Shown here piece by piece: positions 50,851 through 63,372 of a stretch of 64,000 nucleotides of DNA. Location: the NCBI GenBank assembly GCA_951406725.2, contig OX597828.1, positions 1,302,001-1,366,000 of the forward strand. Reading direction: 5' to 3'. Positions within the stretch are counted from its first letter, which is position 1; the number at the start of each line of letters is the position of its first letter. This DNA is from Octopus vulgaris. Lineage: Eukaryota. Below the pieces are notes generated by a model. The model did not search any database. It saw nothing but the letters and a program-made list of their open reading frames with translations, and was not told the DNA's origin. The translations under genes and the position numbers were made by a program.

Positions 50851-53800
50851 GCTAGTTTTCGCGGTGCACCCGCCCTCCCAACCCCTCCACCTTTACCGGA
50901 AGTCCCACTTTTGTCATCCTTGGTTGTCTCTCATGAACACTTCAAAAGGCTTACGCCACCCCCACCCCCTTCTATATAAGGTAGTGATCATACAGTGCAA
51001 AATATGATAGTGTAGTGTATGCGGTTTGAACTTAAGTCTATTGTTTGTCTATGAATCCTGCCAAATGTGAGTTTTCTTTTCAGGTACATGAAGCTACTGT
51101 CCCCCGTCCGAAGGTCCTAGGGCCCATACCTCCCACACCCTCAGGGTTGGCTCACTGAAAGGTAGGTCTGGCGAGATTGTTGAGATGCTTGAACGGAGAT
51201 GTGTCGATATGTGTTGCATCCAAGAAGTGAGGTGGAGAGGAGGTTCTGCTAGGTTCCTCACAGGCAAAGAACACAGGTACAAGATTTTCTGGGCTGGGAA
51301 CACTGACGGGGTCGAGGGCGTGGGTATACTTCTTGCTGAAATATGGTTAGATAAGGTAATCAAGGTATGCAACAGAATACTTAAGATTAGATTAGTGCTT
51401 CATCATGGATTAGCAACCATTATATTGGCCTATGCCCCTCAGCCAGAAAGACCGATTCTATGACACCCTACTGCAGACTACCTTGTTGACGAACGACAGG
51501 GACCTTCTCTTTGTGGCTGGTGACTTCAATGGACAACATGCTGGGGGCTTCCATGGAGGCTATGGTTATGGTTCCTGCAATGAGGAGGGAACCAGGCTGC
51601 TGGAGTTCTGCGATGCGAACGATCTTATGGTTTGCAAAACTAACTTCAGGAAACCTACCAGCCTACCGTACCGATCGGGCCGACATACTAGCCAAATTGA
51701 CTACATCCTTGCCAGAAAAAGGAAAAGATGGCTGCTTATAAATGCCAAAACCTTCCCAGGCGAAGAATGTACTCCACAACAGTGACTTTAGGATCAGGAC
51801 TAAGAGGACGACCAGAAGACTACCAACATGGAGAAGAAGGATCAGGAAGCTTAAAGATCCTGTGAATGGACAGAGACTTAGGGACATATTACTTGAAGGG
51901 GTTATAGCTTCACATGGGGTAGAAGACAACTGGAGGTTTCTAAGGGACAACCTGCTGAGAGCAACTGACCAGATCTGTGGTTGGTGCAAAGTGCCCTCTC
52001 GACCCAAAATAATGTTGTAGACAGGGCTATTAGAGAAAAGAAACAGGCTTGGAAAGACTGGAAAAATGGTGGTAGCAGGGGATTGTATCAGACTGCCAGA
52101 AGGGAAGCTTGGAGGCAGGTGTATTTAGCCAGAGGAGAAGCAGATAAGAAAAAATTTGCCAATGTTCTGCGCCACGAGGACAAAAAGCTTGAGGTATTTT
52201 GTGTTGCAAGACAGTGTGTGAGAGAGAATCGTGATGTTGTAGGAGAGAAATGTGTTCGCATGGATGATGGCTCACTTGCGTTGAATGAGGATGCAAAGAG
52301 AGAGGTTTGGAGATGCCGCTATGAAAGGTTGCTGAATAAAGAGAGTCTGCCGAATGTCGACCCAACAGAGGGACCAGCTATCCGAGTTGACAGTTCCTTG
52401 GTAGTCAAGGCAATTAGAAACATGAAGACAGGGAAAGCCCCAGGACCATCAGGAATTACTGCAGAGATGCTCAATATATCTGGCAGTGTCAGCTATAGCT
52501 TAGTCACCCATATAGTTAACCAGGTGATACCCAATGACTGGTGTAGCAGCATAATAGTCAATTGCTACAAAGGTAAAGGTGACGCTTTAGATACAAATAA
52601 TTACAGAGGTATCAAGCTGTTGGATCAGGTAATGAAGGTTATAGAGAGGGTCATAGCCCAACTGATTAGGGAGAGAGTCAACTTGGATGAGATGCAGTTT
52701 GGTTTCGTGCCAGGGAAAAGCACCACTGATGCCATATTTCTGGCAAGACAGCTGCAGGAGAAATACCTAGCCAAGGATAAGCCCCTGTACCTGGCTTTCA
52801 TTGACATGGAGAAAGCCTTTGACAGGGTCCCCCGATCCCTTACCTGGTGGTCAATGAGGAAACTAGGGATAGATGAATGGTTAGTGAGATCTGTGCAAGC
52901 CATGTACAGGGACGCTGTAAGAATGGTAGGGGTTGGCAACGAGTTCAATGAAGAATTCAAGGTAGAGGTTGGGGTCCAGTCCTCAGCCCCTCCAATTTAT
53001 CATAGTCCTCCAGGCAATAACGGAGGAATTCCAGACAGGATGCCCCTGGGAGCTCCTCTATGCTGATGACCTTGCTCTAATTGCGGAGTCACTATCAGAA
53101 CAAGAGAAGTTTCAAGTGTGGAAACAAGGATTAGAATCAACCTAGCTAAAACCAAAGTCCTAATAAGTAGGAAGGCAGGTATACTACAAATCCCTTCAGG
53201 TAGATGGCCCTGCTCGATCTGTAGTAGAGGCGTAGGTAGAAACTCCATAAGATGTACCAAGTGTAAGCTATGGACACATAAGAGGTGCAGTAATATCAAG
53301 GGAAGGCTAACTGGGAAGATAGTTTTTGTATGTAGCAGATGCCCGGGAGCGATAAACACTGAAAATGCGCAGAGACCAACTTCCAGGGAGAAAAACTAGA
53401 AGTAGTTGATAGCTTCCGTGACCTAGTTAGTAGTGAGGGAGGGTGTGCTGAAAGTGTAGCTGCTAGAATAAGAATAGCTTGAGCAAAGTTCAGAGAGCTC
53501 CTACTTCTGCAGATGACAAAGGGCCTCTCGCTCAGAGTAGAAGGTAGACTGTATGATGCATGTGTAGAAACAGCCATGCTACATGGCAGTGAAACATGGG
53601 CTGTGACTGCTGAGGATATGCGTAAGCTCGCAAGGAATGAAGCCAGTATGAGCCGATGGATGGGTAATGTCAGTGTGCATACTCAACAGAGTGTAAGTAC
53701 CTCGAGAGAAAAGTTGGACCTAAGAAGCATTAGATATGGTGTGCAAGAGAGACAACTGCGTTGGTATGGTGATGTGGTGAGAATGGATGAGGATAGCTGT

Positions 53801-53880
53801 GTGAAAAAGTACCACACCCTAGCCGTTGAGGGAACCTGTGGTAGAGGTAGACCCAGGAAGATCTGTGATGAAGTGGTGAT
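50840..53880 (+). mobile_element. Near full-length RTE LINE lacking 3' UTR, disrupted ORF
   Basis: 5' UTR similar to 30260-30393; EN, RT (YADD), PHD and C-terminal motifs. Confidence 0.95.
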
Positions 53881-54265
53881 GCCTTCTGTAGACCAGTCTA
53901 CCAAGTAGGTAATCAGTCATCCAGTTAGCACCACTCCTGTAATTGTTGTAAATCCAGATTTATAAGTGGTGTACCATCTGTATCCACATGTAGATAGAAA
54001 AATAACTTGCCTCTTGTATAGTTTATGTGTATCTTTATGTAATCGTTTTGTTATCTAAAATGTTGTGAATAAAAATGTAAAATGCTGCCTGCAATGAATT
54101 AATATTGTTCATTATTAAACATTAAAATCTACTCCACAGTGAATGCAATACATTTTTAAAATTGTGAGAATTTGGAAATTTCTTAGAATATAAATTTATA
54201 AAAATATTTCCAGACGGCCAACCTTCTAATATTGCTTTCTTTTAGTAACTGTTATATACCCATGT

Positions 54266-56614
54266 CAGTAGTTCCCAAACTTTTTAGAGTCGTGACCCAC
54301 TATTTATCACACCAGTTTATGACGACCCACTTAACTCTAACGAGTAAAAACATTAATGAAATTAACAAATTTATTCCAGATTACATCTTCAGTGAGAAGG
54401 ATGAGCCTGTTTCTTGCTACGCTCAATAATAGAATTAACATCAGGTTCAATGCGTGATAGTTTCAGGCGTAAGGAATTTGAGAGTTGCAGTTTATTTCGA
54501 TATTTGCTTTTAATCCCAACCATTGCTGAAAATCCAGCTTCACAAATATAAGATGACGTGAAAGGGAGAAGTACATTTAATGCTTCGGTGGAAATGATTG
54601 GGTACGAGGTTTGAAGAGACGCCCAGAACTGTACCAATCTTCGGGTGATATTCCAGTCGTCACGTCAGGCTGAAAGGGGGTTCATAATCCATCTTTTCTG
54701 TGGCATAGTATTCATCACTTTATGAAAATAAAATTCAAAACTTTCATTTAACTTACCTCGAATTTTCTCATGAATTGCAAATACACTGCTACCTCCCGTT
54801 CCTTGTAAATACAAATTCAGGTCGTTTAATTTCGAAAAAAATATCTGCCAAATACATAACCCTCAGAACAAATATTTCACAAAATTGCTTTTATCTTCTA
54901 AAAATATAGCTACTTCTTCGCGGAGTTCTGCAAGTCTTGTTAACACTTTTCCCCTAGAGAGCCATCGTATTTCTGTGTGCAAAAGAAGTGATTTATGATC
55001 ACTTCCCACATCTCAAAATAGGCGCAATTGCAAAGGCTTTGACTTAAAGTTCATTATTTTGACTGAAGTATTCAAAACATTTTCAAAATTATCAGTTATG
55101 TGTTTTGATACTAACGTTGCCATGTGAAGGTTACAGTGAGCCCATGATGCATTGGGATTAAGTTCAAGTATTCTGGTCACCACACCACTATTTCTACCAC
55201 ACATAGCCCGTGTGCCGTCTGTACATATTCCGACACACTTTTGCTCTAATATAAGTATCAACTGTATTAAAAATTTCATCGCTGGTACTTCGACTGACAG
55301 GTTCATGAGGTACGAAGTTCCATATGTAACATACAAAAACACGTAGCTGGCACAAACCTTGTACGTCAGTAGATTCATCGAGTTGTAAAGAAAAAAAAAG
55401 ACTTCCACGAATCCGTTCAATAACTTGATTTTCTACCCATTGAGACATTTCATCGATTCTACGCGTGACTGTGTTAGTAGAAATAGGAATTGATTCAATT
55501 TCTTGTTCACTCTCATCACCAAAGAAAACTTTAACTGTATCTTTTATAACTGGAAGAACTAGTCTCCCCAATTGTGTGTGGCTTACCAGTTTTTGCGATT
55601 CTTAAACTGACCAAGTAAGACATACAGAGATTTTTCATTTACTTTGGTATAATGTTGCATAACGCTCTGTCCTATCTTTAACTTGGTTAACATTCGCTCA
55701 AAAAAATCGAGAGGCTTGTCTTTTAACTCCGAGTGCTTAGTCTCAAGATGACGATGCATGCTCTCGGTTGCAAGTTGTTCATAACAAATGATGCATCGTG
55801 GATCTTCTTCAACTCCATTCCATGTAAATCTCATTTTTAAGTACTCGTAATCATACTTTCTTAATACCTTTCTTTGTTTCGATTCACTGAAGACTCATCG
55901 TCATCAGCTTCAACTGACTTTTTTAACCATTTATCCATAATATGAAGGACTGAGTAAATACGAAAAAATCGAATTTAGGACAGATAATTTCGACTTACCG
56001 AGAGATTTGACAGAATTAAAATACGTTTGGGATCATGCGAACTTCTGCAATTAATGATAAACATCATTTCAATCGATGTGATGCCATTTAAACTGTTTAT
56101 CTGATAGACTCTATTGATCTATCTACCGTCTAGCTGCTGTCTATTCCAATCATTTCATTGGCCTCCTGGTGATCACTCCCATACTTTTTAAATAATTCAT
56201 AAACTTACTAGTGAAATCCATAATGTCTTATTTATTTCATTTTTTTTTTTGCTATTTATATTAAATGTGAAACAAAACGTTTCATAACTGTTTCAACGTC
56301 TCTATACCCTATGTGTAAATACTAACACTAATACAAAACCTTGAAGTAGTAACTGTTATCGGCTCGATCAGTGTTATACTTCGCCTAGTTAAAGTTCTCT
56401 ATAAATAGGTAAAAACAGACCATTCTTTTTTATGATTACATACGAATAAATAACAACCTCTGATTTGTTAAGTTCGTGAAAAAGCCTAATGCTTGATAAA
56501 ACAACAAGTCTGGTATTGAAAACATAAGTCTTGAACTATCTCGATAGACAGCAGTTAATCAAAGCTAATGTGTAATTTTATAACTCTTTGCGACCCATAG
56601 TTTGGGAACCACTG
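54266..56614 (-). mobile_element. hAT transposon, Charlie/Buster subgroup, defective
   Basis: 16-bp TIR cagt(a/g)gttcccaaact, imperfect 8-bp TSD acccatgt/acctaagt; FSLQLDESTD, CTDG, HCNLH, RWLS, CEAGFS, QAHPSH* motifs. Confidence 0.95.
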
Positions 56615-57039
56615 ACCTAAGTAATAAGTGGCTTTCTCCATTATAGTATACATTTACTGAAATAAGTAAAAGATAAGCTAACACAGCTGCAGGTCACTAA
56701 AAAGCAATATCATGTGGGATGTATTTTCCATCTAGACCATGCCAGGATGAGGAAGACAGATACAAATGAAATAAAACATCTCAGCCCCTTCATTACTAAG
56801 CCCACCATAAATACTCATATTTTAACCCTTCAACATCGATTGTCAAATGTAATGCTTATTTATTCACACTGCATTGCATTATCTCACAGCTTTGAGAATT
56901 TGGTGATGAGATTATTTATATTTTAGTATGACACTCTAGGTTTGGTGTAAGAGATCATTTGGCCAGATATGTTTTAAATGCTAAAGGGTTCACGAGAATC
57001 TCACTGTAGAAAATAGATGCCAAGGGGGGATACCTAGTA

Positions 57040-57590
57040 GTGGATAGCTTTTATTACCTAGGTAACCAAGTCAGCAGCAGAGGTGGATGCTTGAGAGCAT
57101 AGCTGCGAGAATAAGAATAAGCTGGACAAAGTTCAGAGAGCTTCTCCCTCGGGGTGATGCCTGGGTGTAAGAAGCCATGCTGCATGGCAGCGACTGCAAA
57201 GGCTTGAAAGAAAGACGCCTAGTATGCTGCACTGGATGTGCATGTACAACATAGTGTGTCTTGAGAGAAAAATTAAGAATAAGATATGGTGCGCAAGTGA
57301 GGACTACACTCGTAAGGTTACATAATGCGTATGAAGGACAGCTGTGGAAGACATGGAACAAGGTGGTGAAGCATGATCGCCAAATATGGGATCTCATGGA
57401 GGCAATGACAAATGACTGAGACCTTTGGTGATTTGCTGTGCTCGAGAAGACTCAGCACAAGCCAAATGAAAGCCAGAGTTAGTGACACATAAAAGCACCA
57501 CTCTCAGAGTGGTTGGTGTCAGGAAGGTATCCAGCCATAGAAACCAAACCAAAATTAGATTGGAACCTGTTGTAGCTCTCTAGCTTACCA
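57040..57590 (+). mobile_element. Deleted RTE LINE 3' fragment
   Basis: C-terminal coding and tail similarity. Confidence 0.75.
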
Positions 57591-57612
57591 ATCAATTTTT
57601 CTTGTACACATA

Positions 57613-57942
57613 GACGTAGGAGTGGCAAGTAGCTTGCTTACCAACCACATGGTTCTGGGTTCATTCCCACTGCGTGGCACCTTGGGTAAGTGTCTTCTAC
57701 TATAGCCTCTGGCCGACCAAAGCCTTGTGAGTGGATTTGGTAGACGGAAACTGAAAGAAGCCCGTCGTATATATATGTGTGCGTGTCTGTGTTTATGTCC
57801 CCCGTAACTTAGCGGTTCGGCAAAAAAGACCGATAGAATAAGTACTAGGCTTACAAAGAATAAGTCCTGGGGTCAATTTGCTCGACTAAAGGTGCTCCAG
57901 CATGGCCACAGTCAAATGACTGAAACAAGTAAAAGAGTAAAG
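57613..57942 (+). mobile_element. tRNA-derived CORE-type SINE
   Basis: A/B boxes, ccttgggtaagt core, internal (TA/TG)n, aaagagtaaag tail. Confidence 0.85.
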
Positions 57943-58195
57943 TTAAATTAGCTAATAACATGTTCTCTATTTTATTGACCTTATCTGCTTTGAGACAAAA
58001 ATTATGAAATAGATTTGGTTAAGAACCTATTATTAAACCAGTCCAAATTCACAATTATCCTAGAATTTAGTTGAAACAAGATAGTGTATTTTGGATAGAA
58101 ATATAATAATGAAAGAGTTAAAACCTGTAAAGCTATCTCCTACACATTGCAAACATCTAATTAAATAAGAAACACTATTGTCAAGGGTTCACAAA

Positions 58196-58201
58196 TTTAT
58201 T
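58196..58201 (-). terminator. RPS11 polyadenylation signal AATAAA
   Basis: tttatt on + strand, 15 nt after the stop codon. Confidence 0.8.
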
Positions 58202-58216
58202 GATGTAACTCATACA

Positions 58217-58340
58217 TTAGAATTTAGAGAATGATTTCTTGCCAGATGAACCTTTTGAGACTTTCAATACATTGAATCGTACTGTCTTGCTCAGCGGTCT
58301 ACATTCACCCATAGTCACAACATCTCCAATTTGCACATCC
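58217..58340 (-). CDS. RPS11: RPS11 exon 4
   Basis: [26 protein letters not shown]...SKF*. Confidence 0.96.
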
Positions 58341-61300
58341 CTGGAGAAATAAAGGCAAAATTAATATATGGGAAAAACACTAAAATAAATAAATTGCAAA
58401 TGGTTTCAAATATAAAAATTCTTACCTAAAACAAGGACTCATATGCACAGACATATTTTTATGTCTTTTTTCGAATCTATTGTATTTCTTTACATAGTGG
58501 AGATAATCCCTTCTTACAACAATTGTTCTTGTCATTTTCATTTTAAGAACAGTGCCAGTAAGGATGCGCCCACGAATACTAACATTACCAGTGAATGGAC
58601 ACTTTTTGTCAATGTAAGTTCCCTCAATGGCCTGTAAAATAGAAATAAAACAGTTGTGCAATCTAACTAGAAATAATCATATAATATTGCATTCACACAC
58701 GCACCAAGACATAAATATAAGTACCTCTTTCGGGGTTTTGAAACCAAGTCCAACATTCCGTACATATCTCAAAGATTTCTTCTGCTTTTTAGTGGTTTTA
58801 AGCACTTCTTTTCTGTTTAAGAATACCGTTGGCTGCTTTTGAAACGATCTTTCAGTCTAAAATATAAGAAGCAGTATAAATAATTGAGCTTTAAACTTTA
58901 GAAGTCAAACTAAACAACAGGTCAACATTTAGAAGCCAAAACTGCCCAACCCATGCCAGCACAAAAGGCAGACATTGATGAGGCTTCACCCCAAGCTTAC
59001 AAAGCATACTGGAGAGTAATAGACATCTTGGGACCTGCACCTGAAGAAATCACGTCAGCTGCTGATGGTGGTGCAACACACACATACAACGATTGTATTG
59101 GAAGGAGCTTTGCCAGCACTATTGGTCTTTCCTCCTGTTGAGTGCACTTTTCTTTGGTAGCAAGTTCCTGTTCCCCCCTTTGCAGTATATCTCCTGCGTG
59201 GGCAACCATTTGTGACCTCCCATCTCAGCACATTCAGATCAAGCAACCACATACCTCTCTAGCAGATGTCCTGGAAACGAAAAATGAGGTTGTCCTCATG
59301 TTGCTGGCTAATTCCCCATATAGGAGTTCTTTTGGGATGCTGTTGGAGCAGAGTGACTGCCAAGGCATGGTTGAGGACTTAGGTGTTGTGGCCGGTCCAC
59401 TTGATATCCAAGATGCATCACAAATTACGAAAGTGGAAGATATTGAGATGCTGCTGTCTCGAGTAGAGGCTTCACGTCTCACTGCTGCAGTGTAGTAAGG
59501 ATTTTATCATATTCATTGGAGATGATTGCCATTTCTCTAATTAGCACACACACATCTAGCAACAGACTCTAGGACATATTTTCTGACATCTAAGGTATAG
59601 GATCCACACTTAGCACACCCACCATTAGATCCCAGGATGATGTAGGATAGTTGAATCTGTCATTTCTATTAATGACCCGACTCAAAGAATTGCATTCTAC
59701 AAGACATTTATGTCATATCACAAATGACATGAATTCAACAACTCAACTCCCTGCATCTGCGGGGTTGGTCGACAACTCTGAGTGTTGCAACCAACCTATG
59801 TTCCTTTTACCATGGAATAGAGTATCCAAAGGAGGAATGTGGAGGCGCGCTGCTTGCCACCGATATCGGAGCATCAGACAAGATTCATCTTTTTAGATAC
59901 CCATCTACCATTGAATCTCCTGTTAAGAGTTGATGTATTACTAGGCTGAGATGGATAGCAAATATGATCTTGCAATTGATGGACCCAAGTTCATGCACAG
60001 GAAGTAACATCACAAGCATTTATCGGCAAGGCCAGAGATTTCTGAATATGCAAGAAAGTACGTTTTCAAAATTTTAAATTCAATAAGCATATAGATGTGT
60101 ATAAAGAGATTCACAATGGAATTAACAAAATCCATTATCAATATTAGCCCGCATTTGCATTGGAGGCTGCAACACTTTATCCGGCTCTAGGATTCTTCCT
60201 CTGCAGTGTAATCGGTTTGTTGGTGCAGATTTAGGTTTTCATATTTGGGTGGCCGAATGTTACTAACTCTCAAAAGATATATGCATAAAAGATAATGGGG
60301 CACTACTTGAGAATAATGGTCCCGGTTCGCGCACTCGCCGCAGCTAGTCATGACTAGTCGATCCTTACTTTGTGTTTTATTTACTTTGCTAGGTAGTCGT
60401 TGCAGGATCGACTAGTTACGACTAGCTAGCGCGGATGCGCGCACCGGGACCACTGTTCTCAAGTAGTACCAATAATGGGTGCGTGACCGCGCCCGCACAC
60501 AAAAACACATTTCATGGCGAAAGTATAGAATGCGTACACCCGGTGTACGTATTCTTTATGTCCGCCCATTTCATATATATGTACATACATCTTACACTTT
60601 CTCCTCTCACTTCCAAGGAAATGTCGCCGTCCACGTGTCATGAAATCAAAATAAATAAAAATTTTCACGCAAATTAACGAACAACCAATTGATGTAATTT
60701 TGACAGTCATGCTGCTAAAGGGAAAAAAGTCCGGCACTATTTAAGAGTGGTCTCGGTGCGCGCACTCGCGTAAGCTAGTCGATCCTTACTTTATGTTTTT
60801 ATTTTATTTACTTTGTTTTAAAAAAACTTTTTTTCGGTTTGAACGGCAGTTTTTCTAGCTGTGTCATATGAAATCGTCACCCATAATATCGATCTATTGC
60901 ATTTCAATCAATTTTAGGGTTAGGGGTGGGGAGAAGGGTATCTTTTTTCTTCACAAATGTAAATAAACCCAATCTTTCTTAAACGAGAGACATATTCATA
61001 CGGCACAGATTGTTGTTTACCTCAATAGACGTCAGTGATTAGTTGAAATTGCAGAAAAAAAAATGAAATATCTTGCAAACTATAGAATTTTCTGAATAGA
61101 GCCAAGAGAAAAAGATGATTTATAAACACATTCTACCAGTATACGAAGTTTAAAATTTTTTAGTTACCTAGAAATTGTGTTAAAAACTGCCGTTCAAACC
61201 AAAAAGATCCGTGTAAAAAATCATTTATTTTGTGTGATATTTACTACTTGCTAGGTAGTCAGTGTAGGATCGACCAGTCACGACTAGCTAGCGCGGATGC

Positions 61301-62094
61301 GCGCTCCGGGACCACTGTTCTCAAGTAGTAACAAAAATGCAATGGCGTTAACTTTCGTTTCTCAAAAATATAACTACCATTGCCTTCACTTTTCAACTGC
61401 AACGGAAAACGCGACTCACTCTTCTGTAATTTTACAGTGACTCTTTTTCTCTTTACTCAGAATAGGAATCTACGATGGTTGAAACATCCGCAAGAAATTA
61501 AGTTATTTAGCGTAAAAGATCCTCACCCGGGATCTTTAGAGTGACCAATAATTTCCGACTCCATGCAGTTCAATATTTAAAAAAGAAAATCAAATTCTTC
61601 AATCTACGGATAATAAAAGGGTCTACTTCAAAGTTATGTGTACGAACGGATGATGACTTTGCATTTACAGATTGAAAAATTGTCGTTTTTTTAAATTTTT
61701 CAGACCGAATTAAAATTATTTTAATGAACACGTGGAGAAAGTCAAAGTTTAAAAGAAGCGCTAGAACAATGAAACGAAGTCTCCTTTTCCAATTCTTTTA
61801 ACTTTGATAAACTTCAAAAATTTACGATTTCTGTTCTGGATAAATGAGCGAAAATGTGTTATTTTCTATTTTCTGGCTTCAAAAACCATTGAACCTCACG
61901 TGTCTAACGAGAAAAGCACAGATTGAAGGGAATTCATTGAAATCTTTATAAATATATCAGACAAAAACTTTCGAAGCAATTAACGACATTAAGAAAACGA
62001 AAATACAAGACATAAATAGCAGAACCTAATCTAATAATGTTGAAAAGGAAGGAATTTTCGGTTGGAATCGGAGGAAACTTACCTGATCGGCCAT
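58217..62094 (-). CDS. RPS11: 40S ribosomal protein S11 (uS17), 4 exons: 62094-62083, 58856-58725, 58631-58426, 58340-58217; 157 aa
   Basis: Spliced translation [16 protein letters not shown]...[33 protein letters not shown]...[30 protein letters not shown]...F*; all introns GT-AG. Confidence 0.97.
58426..58631 (-). CDS. RPS11: RPS11 exon 3
   Basis: [26 protein letters not shown]...[13 protein letters not shown]. Confidence 0.97.
58725..58856 (-). CDS. RPS11: RPS11 exon 2
   Basis: [16 protein letters not shown]...[10 protein letters not shown]. Confidence 0.96.
58985..59495 (-). mobile_element. RTE-BovB-type LINE 3' fragment in RPS11 intron 1
   Basis: [12 protein letters not shown] motif. 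Confidence 0.75.
60299..60470. mobile_element. Palindromic MITE, Merlin-like (GG..CC ends, 8-bp TSD)
   Basis: ~65-bp inverted arms; TSD gataatgg/aataatgg. Confidence 0.7.
60733..61332. mobile_element. Second copy of the same MITE with a nested element
   Basis: Arms match 60299-60470; degenerate TSD aaaagtcc/aaaaatgc. Confidence 0.65.
60830..61210. mobile_element. Non-autonomous DNA element with ggtttgaacggcagttttt TIRs
   Basis: Perfect ~19-bp inverted ends, internal ttagggttaggg; related to 13778-14020. Confidence 0.7.
62083..62094 (-). CDS. RPS11: RPS11 exon 1 coding part (MADQ)
   Basis: ATG GCC GAT CAG followed by gtaagt donor, pyrimidine-rich leader upstream. Confidence 0.9.
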
Positions 62095-62250
62095 GATCGC
62101 AGTTTGGAAAGGATGTGAGAGGGCGCTGTAGCTGTGCGCATGCTTACGGAAATAACATCCGGTTGATTGGACTGCCCTCAAGTGTGAATGTACGGAAGTA
62201 ATCTTACTAAGGGGAGGCAACTCATAAAACATTTCGTTCCACGTGAAACA
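62095..62250 (-). promoter_or_regulatory. RPS11 promoter / 5'TOP (TCT-type) start
   Basis: Minus-strand ctctcacatcctttcc just upstream of the ATG; nearby NRF1-like tgcgcatgc, ETS-like ccggatgt and cggaagt, CCAAT and cacgtg; locally CpG-rich. Confidence 0.7.
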
Positions 62251-62949
62251 TGTCTGGGATTGAAAAAGTCGCTCCTTTACTGTTAAGGGGATCAAAGCAA
62301 ATGAGATTTCCGATACGGGTAAATTTATTTATTTTTATTTCTTCAATGTCACATTTCAACGAGTTTCTTGATTGAAAATAACCTCCTAAAATCATAACTT
62401 ATGAAAAAAAAAAAAAAATGCATATTCTAGTCAGTGCGCGGAAACAATGTTGCGAAAACTGTGTTTATTAGAAATAAGATCGGCGCCAATATTAAAATAC
62501 TTTCTTTCAACTTTATAGTGTGCAGGATATCCTCTAGCAAGCTGGAATTCTGGTTTAAGGACCCCACATAACCACTCGTAACTTTAAAAAATTTTTTATT
62601 TTGTCGTGTTTTCTTTCGTTCTTCACGTATCTGTAAGAATTTGTTCTCTATTTTTGCTATTTTTGTTCCTTTAGAAATAATTGCTAATAATAATAATTAT
62701 AGTGAAGGGAAATCTGTGTTTCCTACTTATCACGAATAGAATAAATTCTGGCTGTTAGAAAAGTGTAATTAAAACTTTTCGCAGCCTTAGCTGTTCACCT
62801 TCAGCAATTGTCTCTTCCCAGTTTACTGCTTCATACCCTTCAAACGTTCACGAATGTGACTTTGGTAAATATTTCGTTAAGGGCCCGTTCCTACCTTGAT
62901 GTGAAATAATTTTTTTCCACAGGTTTTTACGAAATATTTACCTTATGAA

Positions 62950-63135
62950 CGAGCACTGCTTGACAAGGGTGTCGGTGTGTTTACGTCCCCGTAAAATAGC
63001 GGTTCGGTATAAAATACCGACAGAATAAATACGAGGCTTAAAAAAAAAGTACTGGGCTCGATTCGTTCGGCTAAAATTCTCCAAGGCGATGCCCCAGCAT
63101 GGCTATAATATTATGATTTAAACAATTAAAGGATA
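62950..63135 (+). mobile_element. SINE 3' half
   Basis: Matches 57790-57935. Confidence 0.7.
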
Positions 63136-63372
63136 AATGAATTGACACAAGATTTAAAAGTGACTTTGAACGTCAAAGTCAGTAAGAACGAGCGAGAATT
63201 GTAGGAGTTGCTTCCCCTGTGTCTATCAGTGACAAGATTTTGTTTGGTAAGGATGAAACGAAGATAAATTTTGAAGTAGGATTTTCTACATAAAATTATA
63301 ATAGTTTTATGTTTGTTAAAAACAGAATGTTTTGTAAAAAATAACTTTCAGTGACACTACTTTAAGTATTAA

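Noticed and set aside
60301-60468. CACTA (EnSpm) element
   Set aside because: The right end is not TAGTG; GG..CC ends with an 8-bp TSD fit better.
60914-60926. ttagggttaggg telomeric-like repeat
   Set aside because: Only two units, internal to a DNA element.
58341-62082. Intronic snoRNA in RPS11 (vertebrate RPS11 hosts a C/D snoRNA)
   Set aside because: No convincing C/D or H/ACA box arrangement seen on the minus strand.
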